A stretch of 34,121 nucleotides of DNA from an uncultured Acetomicrobium sp. (GTDB lineage Bacteria; Synergistota; Synergistia; Synergistales; Thermosynergistaceae). The notes beneath the pieces were generated by a model that made no database searches, was not told the DNA's origin, and saw nothing but the letters and a program-made list of their open reading frames with translations. The stretch lies in the NCBI GenBank assembly GCA_964438265.1, contig CAYTKB010000002.1:1-34121 (forward strand). The letters run 5' to 3'. Positions 26,491 through 34,121 of this stretch are shown one piece after another (positions within the stretch are counted from its first letter, which is position 1; each line of letters begins with the position of its first letter). The position numbers were made by a program, and so were the translations under genes.

Positions 26491-27380
26491 GGGAAAGTGC
26501 CGCTTTCCAAAGCTTAAAAGAGGCATCTCTGCAGGGCAAGAAGCCTCATGCAGTTGCCTTCGTGGCGCAAACCTCCCTGCATAGAACCATTTTAACTGAG
26601 GTAGGCAGGCTCTACCTGTGCGAGAGCGGCAGTGGCGAAGATAAATGTCGATCTTGTCGGGCTTGGGATGAAATCAGCCATCCCGATCTCATAATGGCTG
26701 GCTCTTTTGACAGACCTCCTGGAATTGACGACTGCCGCCGCATGTCGGCTGAGCTTTTTCTTGCCCCGGTCGTATCGCCATTGAGACTGGGCGTGATATG
26801 CGCTGCCGATAGGCTGTCGTTACCGGCCGCCAACAGCCTTTTGAAAATAACCGAGGAGCCTCCGCAAAAGGGGGCAATTCTATTTTTGATGGAAGAAGCC
26901 AAGCTCATCCCTACGCTCCAAAGTCGAGTCTGGATCTTTTCACTATTCGAAGGACAATCTCTTTCTCCCCTGTCCTTGCCCGCTAGGTGGGAGGAGTGGT
27001 TGAAACTGCTCAGCGAACTTCAAAATATGGAAAGCGGCGAACTTGACTTGACGCTCATGCGCTTGACGAAGGGGTGTTTGGAGGAGGGGCTTATCGATAT
27101 GGCCCAAGAGGTAGAGGAACTACGCCTGATCTCCATTAGGGGCCATCTTGATCCTGCTATGGTAGCAGATTTTCTTTTCGCCTTGTTTGAGGAGGGTATA
27201 TCAATTGAGGACATATCTTGTGATCTTTGGCAAGCCGCGTTACCTGGGCTTGCTTCGCGCGGAGGACGAAATCTGCGAAGGGGTTTCGAAGAGGGTCTTC
27301 GTAGTGATCGACACGAGCAGAGGTGCGGAAGTGGCCGTAGTGGCCGGAGAGCTCTCCGAGGAGCAGGTGGAGCGCTATAG
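26466..27380 (+). CDS. holB: DNA polymerase III delta' subunit (divergent, C-terminally extended)
   Basis: PHA, C..CRSC, HPDL, ADRL..AANSLLKITEEPP, PTLQSR; TTG after GGAGGAG; tmk-yaaR-holB-yaaT synteny. Confidence 0.8.
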   Translation: MPDLSLSVRESAAFQSLKEASLQGKKPHAVAFVAQTSLHRTILTEVGRLYLCESGSGEDKCRSCRAWDEISHPDLIMAGSFDRPPGIDDCRRMSAELFLAPVVSPLRLGVICAADRLSLPAANSLLKITEEPPQKGAILFLMEEAKLIPTLQSRVWIFSLFEGQSLSPLSLPARWEEWLKLLSELQNMESGELDLTLMRLTKGCLEEGLIDMAQEVEELRLISIRGHLDPAMVADFLFALFEEGISIEDISCDLWQAALPGLASRGGRNLRRGFEEGLRSDRHEQRCGSGRSGRRALRGAGGAL

Positions 27381-28362
27381 CAAATGTTATACTGCCGCTG
27401 ACGGGAATGGCGCACGAGATAACGTAGTACCGCTGCAGGAGGTCTCCCTAATCCGCGCCGCTACCGAAGATGAGATAAAGGCGATGCACCTTCAGAGAGA
27501 GGAAGAAGACGCCATCCTGATAAGGGCCCGGGAGCTGCTGCGGCTCCATAGCCTACCTATGAAGTTAGTAGACGCGGAGTTCATTTTAGATAGAAAGAAG
27601 CTGTTCTTTTATTTTACCGCAGAACAACGAGTCGATTTTCGCTCCTTCGTCAGAGACCTGGCCAGGGAGTTTCATACGCGAATAGAGCTGCGGCAGATAG
27701 GGACGCGCGATGAAGCGAAGGTGGTAGCCGGCCTTTCACCGTGTGGGATGCCTTGTTGTTGCGGCTACTGGATGCATCGTTTCTACCCCGTATGCATCAA
27801 GATGGTAAAGGAGCAGAACTTAGCCTTGAACCCCGCTAAGATATCCGGCCTCTGCGGGCGTCTCATGTGTTGCATAGGCTATGAACATGCCAATTACGCC
27901 GATCTCTGGAAGGATCTGCCATCTCCGGGCTCCAAGATCAAGACCGACTCGGGGGCTTTTGTTGTAGTAGGCGTTGACATAAACCAGAGAGCAGCGCGGG
28001 TTTTAACCCCCGACTCCGTAGAGCTACGCGTGCCGGTGAGCGAGTTCGAAGAGTTTAAAGAACGCGTTATGAAGGGAGAACGGTGGGACAGAGGAAAACC
28101 TACGTTTACAGTGAGTGCTGGTCTATCTGACATAATGGAACCTATGGATGCAATCGCCTGTAGTTCGACGGCCTCGCGTGACCTGTCTCTACAACCATCC
28201 GATAACAAAGGGCTCGAGGATGGGAAGAACAAGGCCAAGAGGAATCGCCGCAAGAAGGGAAACACGTCTGCGCCTGGGAGGGGTCGTCCAAGCGAAAAGA
28301 ATGCTAAATCTCCTAAGCCCGATGCCGCTAAAGAGAGGGCGCGAGATCGGCGAAGCAGGTGA
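27205..28362 (+). CDS. ricT: RicT/YaaT (PSP1 domain) Fe-S protein
   Basis: MKLVDAE, FYFTAEQRVDFR, RIELRQIG.RDEAK, CG.PCCC, KMVKEQNL.LNPAKISGLCGRLMCC; TTG 27205 after GAGGAGG. Confidence 0.92.
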   Translation: MRTYLVIFGKPRYLGLLRAEDEICEGVSKRVFVVIDTSRGAEVAVVAGELSEEQVERYSKCYTAADGNGARDNVVPLQEVSLIRAATEDEIKAMHLQREEEDAILIRARELLRLHSLPMKLVDAEFILDRKKLFFYFTAEQRVDFRSFVRDLAREFHTRIELRQIGTRDEAKVVAGLSPCGMPCCCGYWMHRFYPVCIKMVKEQNLALNPAKISGLCGRLMCCIGYEHANYADLWKDLPSPGSKIKTDSGAFVVVGVDINQRAARVLTPDSVELRVPVSEFEEFKERVMKGERWDRGKPTFTVSAGLSDIMEPMDAIACSSTASRDLSLQPSDNKGLEDGKNKAKRNRRKKGNTSAPGRGRPSEKNAKSPKPDAAKERARDRRSR

Positions 28363-28368
28363 GCTAAG

Positions 28369-29289
28369 ATGGCCATATTTAATTTCCTTAAGGAAAAATT
28401 GAAAGGTGTCAAAGGCAAGTGGAGCGAGGGGGTATCTGCACTATTCGATCTGCGCTCGATTGACGAATCCTTTTGGGAAGACCTGGAGGCGCTCCTCATA
28501 GCTGGCGATGTAGGCATAGATACCGCCTCTTCTCTCGTAGAGGAACTGAAAGAAAGGACCAAAGAGGAAAACATCAGAGATGTTATAACCCTGAAAGAGC
28601 GCTTTGCTTCCGTGCTAATAGATCGAATTCAAGCGATAGACGGCGTAGGCGAACCTTTGAGAGTTCAAGGTAGCCCTTCGGTGGTCATGATTGTCGGAGT
28701 CAACGGCAGCGGCAAGACTACGACAGCTGCAAAGCTCGCAGCGCTTTGTAAAAAAGAAGGCAAAAACGTCATATTGGCGGCGGCCGACACGTTCAGGGCA
28801 GCGGCGGTGGATCAGCTCAAGATCTGGGGCGATCGCATAGGCGTGAGGGTTGTGGCGCACCCGCCGGGCGGAGACGCCTCGGCTGTCATATATGACGCAA
28901 TCCACGCAGCTCGCGCCTCCAAAGCGGATCTAGTTATAGCAGATACGGCAGGAAGGTTGCACACCAAACATAACCTCATGGAAGAATTGAAGAAGATGAA
29001 GCGCGTTATAGATAGGGAAATCCCGGGCGAACCGTCGGAGATCTTGATAGTTTTGGACGCCGTTACTGGGCAGAACGGTTTTGCCCAGGCTTCGGCATTT
29101 CATGAGGCTCTCTCTCTGACAGGGGCAGTGCTAGCCAAATATGACAGCACCGCTAAGGGTGGGATCATCATAGCCGTGGCAGATAGACTTGGCCTTCCGA
29201 TACGATATGTGGGCTTGGGCGAATCGATAGACGATCTATGTCTCTTTGACCCACAGTCATTCGTGAAGGGTTTGCTTGACATAGATTGA
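28369..29289 (+). CDS. ftsY: SRP receptor FtsY (short NG-only form)
   Basis: GVNGSGKTTT, AADTFRAAA, DTAGRL, DAVTGQN, KYDSTAKGG, GLGE. Confidence 0.96.
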   Translation: MAIFNFLKEKLKGVKGKWSEGVSALFDLRSIDESFWEDLEALLIAGDVGIDTASSLVEELKERTKEENIRDVITLKERFASVLIDRIQAIDGVGEPLRVQGSPSVVMIVGVNGSGKTTTAAKLAALCKKEGKNVILAAADTFRAAAVDQLKIWGDRIGVRVVAHPPGGDASAVIYDAIHAARASKADLVIADTAGRLHTKHNLMEELKKMKRVIDREIPGEPSEILIVLDAVTGQNGFAQASAFHEALSLTGAVLAKYDSTAKGGIIIAVADRLGLPIRYVGLGESIDDLCLFDPQSFVKGLLDID

Positions 29290-29305
29290 ATATACAGGAG
29301 ATCAG

Positions 29306-30055
29306 TTGAGAATGAGTAAAAAAGTTGCTGACGAGATTACAGTTGATGAAGCTTTATGCCTTCTTTTTCGCCACAAGGCTGCAGCTATTTCCGTTTGCCT
29401 CAATGGAAGTTCGTTCTGGATTCGACAAGAAGAGCTCGTTGCAGCTATGGAACGCGGCTTTGGCGGCTCCCCGTTGGGGCACTGGCTTAGAAGTTCTCAT
29501 CGATGCGCGGACGAAGTCGAGGATTTTTCTCCAAATGAAAGCATAGTTTTGGTTGAAGGAGCATCATATCGCCTCGTCAAGGTATCCGAATTGGAAGGGG
29601 CGACCGCAGGTGAGGGTCGTCCAGCTTGGGTGAATTTGCCCTTTTCTTTGATCCACAGAAACGCCGCAGGCGAGCTTTCGATGAACAGCGTTGCCAGAGA
29701 TTTGCTCGAAGGAGAATCCTCCACACTGCCCTCCCTCTTAGACCAAGCCTTAAAGGACAAGGAAGCCCTTTGTGTCGTAAATGGCAGATCCTGTTTGCTC
29801 CGTCATCTCGGTCACGGGTATTTTACCATTGAAGAGATCGACGAAGAGGTGGAGTTGGCTCAGGAAATAATATGGCAGGCGGCCGTGGGAAAGGCATTGT
29901 CAGAACGTCTAAAACGAGAGGGCGTGGAGGTTAGACGGCTTCCCAACAAAGACTTCGACTTCCCTCCGGACGACGCTGACGGAGAGCTGATTCTATGTTC
30001 ATGGGGAGATATACCTTTGGGCTATCTTCTCCTTAAGTTTCAAGAGAGGAGGTAA
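29306..30055 (+). CDS. Hypothetical protein, possibly degenerate CBS plus PAS-like segments
   Basis: 249-aa ORF with SD AGGAG that fills an operon gap; motif resemblance is weak. Confidence 0.75.
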   Translation: MRMSKKVADEITVDEALCLLFRHKAAAISVCLNGSSFWIRQEELVAAMERGFGGSPLGHWLRSSHRCADEVEDFSPNESIVLVEGASYRLVKVSELEGATAGEGRPAWVNLPFSLIHRNAAGELSMNSVARDLLEGESSTLPSLLDQALKDKEALCVVNGRSCLLRHLGHGYFTIEEIDEEVELAQEIIWQAAVGKALSERLKREGVEVRRLPNKDFDFPPDDADGELILCSWGDIPLGYLLLKFQERR

Positions 30056-30063
30056 TTCGGGCT

Positions 30064-30573
30064 TTGTCCCCCGCAGTCAAGCTCTTTGCTGGCTTTCTCT
30101 ATCCCGACGAAGACACGCTATCGTCTGCCTTGGATCGCTTGCAGGCATTATGGGGGGGCGTCCAGCGCATCAGTTCGTCTTTTCCCTTCGAGCATACAGA
30201 TTACTATGCGCAGATATCTCCTCATCTTTTGCGGCGTTTCGCCTCTTTCTGTGGGCTTCGCCACGCCGGCAAACTATCGCGGTGGAAGCAGCAGGCAATA
30301 GAAGTGGAAAGGCAAAGCGGGACTCAGAGGCGAATCAATATCGATCCAGGGTACATCGATGGTGCAAGGGTCGTTTTGGCTTCGACGAAAGACCACGCGC
30401 ATCGCATATATCTGCGAGACGGCATATACGCAGAAGTGACGTTGCGCTTTCGCCAGGGCAGGTGGCTTTCCTTCGATTACACATTTCCCGACTTCAGGAG
30501 CGGCGCTTATGATGCCTTTTTGGATTTGGTGCGCGAGGATTGGAAGGAAGAAAGGAGAGAAGGGCAGATTTGA
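30064..30573 (+). CDS. DUF4416 family protein
   Basis: TDYY, RRINIDPGY, VVLASTKDHAHRIYL.DGIYAEVTL, YTFPDFR. Confidence 0.88.
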   Translation: MSPAVKLFAGFLYPDEDTLSSALDRLQALWGGVQRISSSFPFEHTDYYAQISPHLLRRFASFCGLRHAGKLSRWKQQAIEVERQSGTQRRINIDPGYIDGARVVLASTKDHAHRIYLRDGIYAEVTLRFRQGRWLSFDYTFPDFRSGAYDAFLDLVREDWKEERREGQI

Positions 30574-31868
30574 TAGAACGTTATCAAACAAAAGAGATGG
30601 CCGAAATATGGTCAGAAGAGAGCCAATACCGAAGCTGGCTCGAAGTGGAGTTGGCCGTGTGTCGCGCTTGGATGGAGCTCGGCGCGATACCGGAAGAGGC
30701 TTTTCGCCAGATAGAAGAGAAGGCCTCGTTTGATGTGGAACGAATAAAGGAGATCGAAAAGGTCGTCCAACACGACATGATCGCCTTCGTATCGAATGTG
30801 GCGGAAAACGTGGGTGAAGCGGGGCGGTATATTCACCTGGGTCTCACGAGCAGTGACGTGCTCGACACCGCCTCGGCATTGCGCCTCAAGAAAGCCACTT
30901 CTACCTTGTTAGACTCTCTCGAAGCCCTTAGGCGATCGGTCCTCGAGCGGGCTTGGACATTCAAAGATGCGCTCTGCGTCGGCCGCACGCATGGGGTGCA
31001 TGCGGAGCCGATGACATTCGGGCTCAAGCTCCTCAACTGGTATGATCAACTTGGACGAGATGCGAAGCGCCTTGAAATGGCGAGGGAAGAAATTTCCTGG
31101 GGCAAGATATCGGGCGCCGTAGGCACATATGCCCATTGCCCTCCAGAGATCGAAGCAAGGGCTTGTGCGGTTTTGGACCTGAGGCCGGCTGCGGTATCCA
31201 ATCAAATATTGCAGCGGGATGCTCATGCTCATCTGTTGGCCATCCTCGCTATAATGGGCACTGCCGTAGAGCGAATGGCCCTGGAAGTGAGGCATCTTCA
31301 GCGCACTGAGGTCTTGGAGGCACTTGAACCCTTCGGCAAAGGGCAAAAGGGCTCAAGCGCCATGCCGCATAAGCGCAATCCCATCACCTGTGAGCGGCTC
31401 TGCGGGATGGCAAGACTGCTTCGAGGCTATGCCCAGGTGGCGATGGAAAACGTGGCGTTATGGCACGAGCGCGATATAAGCCACTCGTCCACAGAGAGAG
31501 TCATATGGCCAGATGCCTTTCACATCGCCCACTATATGCTTAAAACCATGCAGAGGGTCGTAGTTGGGATGGAAGTGGACGCAAAGCGCATGGAAGAGAA
31601 CCTCAACCTGACCAAGGGGCTCATATTCAGCCAAAGCGCTTTGTTGACCCTCGTGGATGCCGGCATGACGAGAGACGAGGCTTACGCTGTGGTCCAGGAG
31701 GATGCGATGCGCGCTTTCAAGGATGGCATTCCTTTCATCGGTGTCTTAAAGGCGGACGAGCGCGTAATCGCTCGTATCGGAGAGAGCGAACTTGAGAAGG
31801 CCCTTGACCCCAAAAGATATCTGAGACACATAGAGGATATTTTTGGGCGTTTCCCTCGCCCTGAGTAA
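30570..31868 (+). CDS. purB: Adenylosuccinate lyase
   Basis: MIERY, HDMIAF, HLGLTSSD, GRTHGVHAEP, GSSAMPHKRNP, WHERDISHSS. Confidence 0.97.
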   Translation: MIERYQTKEMAEIWSEESQYRSWLEVELAVCRAWMELGAIPEEAFRQIEEKASFDVERIKEIEKVVQHDMIAFVSNVAENVGEAGRYIHLGLTSSDVLDTASALRLKKATSTLLDSLEALRRSVLERAWTFKDALCVGRTHGVHAEPMTFGLKLLNWYDQLGRDAKRLEMAREEISWGKISGAVGTYAHCPPEIEARACAVLDLRPAAVSNQILQRDAHAHLLAILAIMGTAVERMALEVRHLQRTEVLEALEPFGKGQKGSSAMPHKRNPITCERLCGMARLLRGYAQVAMENVALWHERDISHSSTERVIWPDAFHIAHYMLKTMQRVVVGMEVDAKRMEENLNLTKGLIFSQSALLTLVDAGMTRDEAYAVVQEDAMRAFKDGIPFIGVLKADERVIARIGESELEKALDPKRYLRHIEDIFGRFPRPE

Positions 31869-31889
31869 AAATAGAAAGGGGTGCACGAT

Positions 31890-32885
31890 ATGGCCGTTCC
31901 CGATAGGAATATGGCTCTTGAGCTGGTAAGAGTAACTGAGGCTGCGGCGATGGCGGCAGGGAGGTGGATGGGCAGAGGCGATAAAAACGCTGCTGATGGA
32001 GCGGCAGTGGAGGCGATGCGTTTCATGCTCAACACCGTCCGCATGGATGGGGTTGTCGTCATAGGGGAAGGGGAAAAGGATGAAGCGCCCATGCTCTATA
32101 ACGGCGAACGATTGGGAAGCGAATCCGAGCCCCAGGTTGATATAGCCGTAGACCCGATCGACGGCACTCGTTTAACAGCCATGGGCTTGCCGGGTGCGGT
32201 CAGCGTGGTGGCTGTAGCCGAGCGCGGTACGATGTACGATCCGCGCCATATCTTTTACATGAATAAAATAGCCACAGGCCCTGAAGCGGCGGGTGAAATT
32301 GACATCGAAGCGCCGGTGCGCGAGAACCTCGCCAGAGTGGCGAAGGCAAAAAGGAAGTCTGTGGAGGATATTACCGTGGTGATACTTGACCGTCCACGCC
32401 ATGAAGGCCTGATAAAAGAGGTAAGGAGCGCTGGTGCCAGGATAAGGCTGATTCAGGACGGAGACATTTCTGGCGCTCTCACTACCTGCATGCCGGGAAG
32501 CGGCATCGACCTTCTCCTCGGCATAGGCGGTTCTCCGGAGGCCGTCGTGTCTGCCTGTGCCATTAAGTGCGTTGGAGGAAATATGGTGTGCAAACTATGG
32601 CCTCGTAACGGTGACGAGACTTCGCGATGCCGCGAGCTTGGGATGGATCTTGACGCCGTGTTGGGCCTCGACGACCTCGTAAATAGCGACAATGTCTTCT
32701 TCGCTGCCACAGGTGTGACCGATGGAGAGCTGTTACGCGGCGTTCGCTACGAAGGGGAGCGCATACGAACTCATTCGCTCGTCATGCGCTCTTTGAGCGG
32801 CACGATCCGATATATTGAGGCTATACACCGCCTCTCTAAACTTCAGACTATAAGCGACATATCTTACGGCCCGCGCTTCGCCTAA
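31890..32885 (+). CDS. glpX: Class II fructose-1,6-bisphosphatase
   Basis: [57 protein letters not shown]. Confidence 0.96.
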   Translation: MAVPDRNMALELVRVTEAAAMAAGRWMGRGDKNAADGAAVEAMRFMLNTVRMDGVVVIGEGEKDEAPMLYNGERLGSESEPQVDIAVDPIDGTRLTAMGLPGAVSVVAVAERGTMYDPRHIFYMNKIATGPEAAGEIDIEAPVRENLARVAKAKRKSVEDITVVILDRPRHEGLIKEVRSAGARIRLIQDGDISGALTTCMPGSGIDLLLGIGGSPEAVVSACAIKCVGGNMVCKLWPRNGDETSRCRELGMDLDAVLGLDDLVNSDNVFFAATGVTDGELLRGVRYEGERIRTHSLVMRSLSGTIRYIEAIHRLSKLQTISDISYGPRFA

Positions 32886-32926
32886 AGCGTTTCTTAAACT
32901 GCACCTAAAGGCGAAGGCAACTGCGC

Positions 32927-32955
32927 TTGCCAATGACAAACGGACCGATTATAAT
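32927..32955 (+). promoter_or_regulatory. Sigma70 promoter of tRNA-Gly
   Basis: TTGCCA-17 nt-TATAAT, 20 nt upstream of the tRNA. Confidence 0.8.
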
Positions 32956-32975
32956 ACGAACTACAATATAAACAT

Positions 32976-33051
32976 GCGGACATAGCTCAGCTGGTAGAGC
33001 ATCGGCTTCCCAAGCCGAGGGTCGCGGGTTCGAATCCCGTTGTCCGCTCCA
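32976..33051 (+). tRNA. tRNA-Gly (anticodon CCC)
   Basis: 76-nt cloverleaf: acceptor GCGGACA/TGTCCGC, D-arm GCTC/GAGC, anticodon arm TCGGC-TTCCCAA-GCCGA, T-loop TTCGAAT, discriminator T, encoded CCA. Confidence 0.98.
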
Positions 33052-33066
33052 AGATAAAGGGTGGGT

Positions 33067-33094
33067 AGGAGGAGGGAAATCCTCCTCCTTTTTT
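33067..33094 (+). terminator. Intrinsic terminator after tRNA-Gly
   Basis: AGGAGGAGGG-AAA-TCCTCCTCCT followed by a T run. Confidence 0.88.
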
Positions 33095-33285
33095 ATATTT
33101 TGCACAGAGGACGAAGAAGCCGATAATTATTACATCACTCGGTGATTATAGGCGTGAGCGCGACCCAGTGTGGCATCTTGATTTTTTTAAAGGTCCCCAT
33201 GCTTACAGAGTTACAGGAGCACAGGCACCGAATGTGCGAAGGCTGGGAGCAACCGCGTAGTTATTTGTAGACTAAAATCTGAAAT

Positions 33286-33315
33286 TTGACTTAGCTTAGT
33301 GATAGATATTAATAT
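33286..33315 (+). promoter_or_regulatory. Promoter candidate for the V/A-type ATPase operon
   Basis: TTGACT-18 nt-TAATAT in an AT-rich region; SD AGGAGGT at 33369-33375. Confidence 0.55.
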
Positions 33316-33382
33316 ATAGCTCGTCTGTGTCGCGAATGTAAGCATAAAAACTACATAGTCGTTTTTGTAGGAGGTAAATATA

Positions 33383-33715
33383 TTGCCTGATGATCTTATG
33401 AGCAAGATAAAGGACACGGAATCTGAGGCCAAGCGAGTTATAGAAGAAGCCAGGAAAGAGGCACGCCGCATAATTTCCGAGGCCAAGGCGAAGGCCGAAA
33501 AGATGCTCGAAGAGGCCAATCAACGAGCGAGATCGGAGTATCGCGAGGCGATAAATCGCATCGAGAAAGAAGCAGAGATTGCCTCCCAGAAGATCGTCGA
33601 AAAAAGCATCGCCGAGAGTCACAGGTTTATCGAGAAGCACCGCTCTATAGTTCCTGAGATAGCCATTTGGTTGGCCGAAGAGGTGAGGGCGAGGTATGGC
33701 CATAGTAGAGCTTAA
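33383..33715 (+). CDS. V/A-type ATPase peripheral stalk subunit G/H (NtpF-like)
   Basis: E/K/A/R-rich coiled coil (IKDTESEAKRVIEEARKEA), directly before a subunit I-like gene. Confidence 0.8.
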   Translation: MPDDLMSKIKDTESEAKRVIEEARKEARRIISEAKAKAEKMLEEANQRARSEYREAINRIEKEAEIASQKIVEKSIAESHRFIEKHRSIVPEIAIWLAEEVRARYGHSRA

Positions 33716-34121
33716 GCGTGTTGACCTCTTGGTTCACTCGTCAGTCGAGAATGAGGTTGCGGCTGAAATTCAACGGCTGGGCTTCTGTGAGCCTATTTCG
33801 CTTATCAGAGAAGAAGACCAATCATCTCATGCAGCTAAAATGCGATTCTACGAGGAAAGGTTATCCGACGCCCGATTCGTCCTACGATTTTTAGAACCGT
33901 ATTATCAAGGGAAAGAGGATAAAATAGCGTGGCTTCTGGGCGAAAGGCCCAAAAGACGATGGGAGGAGCTGGTCGGTTCGGAAAGCCAGCTCGCCCTTCA
34001 AGATTTGAGCCAGCGATTGCGGTCAATAGAGCGCAGAATGGCCGAGTTGCGTTCAGAGCTTTCAAATTTACAGGCACAAAAAACCTTATTGAAGCGGCTC
34101 GGTGGCTTTCCTTATCCTCTC
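33696..34121 (+). CDS. V/A-type ATPase subunit I (a), 5' part, runs off the window (absent from the ORF track)
   Basis: ATG 33696; MAIVELKRVDLLVHSSVENEVAAEIQRLGFCE matches the typical subunit I N-terminus; frame is open to the window end. Confidence 0.8.
   Translation, partial: MAIVELKRVDLLVHSSVENEVAAEIQRLGFCEPISLIREEDQSSHAAKMRFYEERLSDARFVLRFLEPYYQGKEDKIAWLLGERPKRRWEELVGSESQLALQDLSQRLRSIERRMAELRSELSNLQAQKTLLKRLGGFPYPL

Noticed and set aside
4153-27233. C-to-U RNA editing hypothesis: ACG>AUG would create the acpS start and CAA>UAA the holB stop, as in plant organelles.
   Set aside because: Only two sites, with no shared flanking context and no editing enzyme in the window. Ordinary T>C transitions or base-call errors explain both. 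An RNA-seq versus DNA comparison at 4154 and 27231 would settle it.
28150-28362. Basic low-complexity C-terminal tail of RicT.
   Set aside because: Disordered K/R-rich tails are common in PSP1/YaaT proteins.
32976-33285. tRNA-Gly 3' end as an integration site.
   Set aside because: No integrase, no duplicated tRNA 3' end and an intact terminator; housekeeping genes follow.

Overview
A gene-dense, mostly + strand core-genome segment from an anaerobic, probably diderm fermenter. Gene content and style are consistent with Synergistota, e.g. Acetomicrobium-like (inference, not a database result). Gene order: trmO-rsmD-coaD, tmcAL (-), ackA-acpS-nnr-small membrane protein-tsaE-tsaB, a four-subunit 2-oxoacid:ferredoxin oxidoreductase, rlmD, pyrR-B-C-K-D-F-E (no carAB), an orphan ZnuA/TroA-like protein, birA (-), a structured 400-nt intergenic region, frameshifted prfB, a split SpoIVB/S55 protease, mlaE-mlaF-mlaD, tmk-yaaR-holB-ricT-ftsY, a hypothetical gene, DUF4416, purB, glpX, tRNA-Gly(CCC) and the start of a V/A-type ATPase operon. 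No mobile elements or CRISPR arrays were seen. Most notable: (1) the pyr leader has no recognisable PyrR binding loop but carries an unannotated 20-codon leader ORF that crosses a U-rich tract and stops in the terminator loop, and the PyrR has substitutions at most known RNA-binding residues; (2) MlaD has a C-terminal beta-barrel-like domain; (3) a circularly permuted S55 protease is split between its catalytic halves; (4) acpS begins with ACG; (5) holB overlaps ricT by 176 nt.
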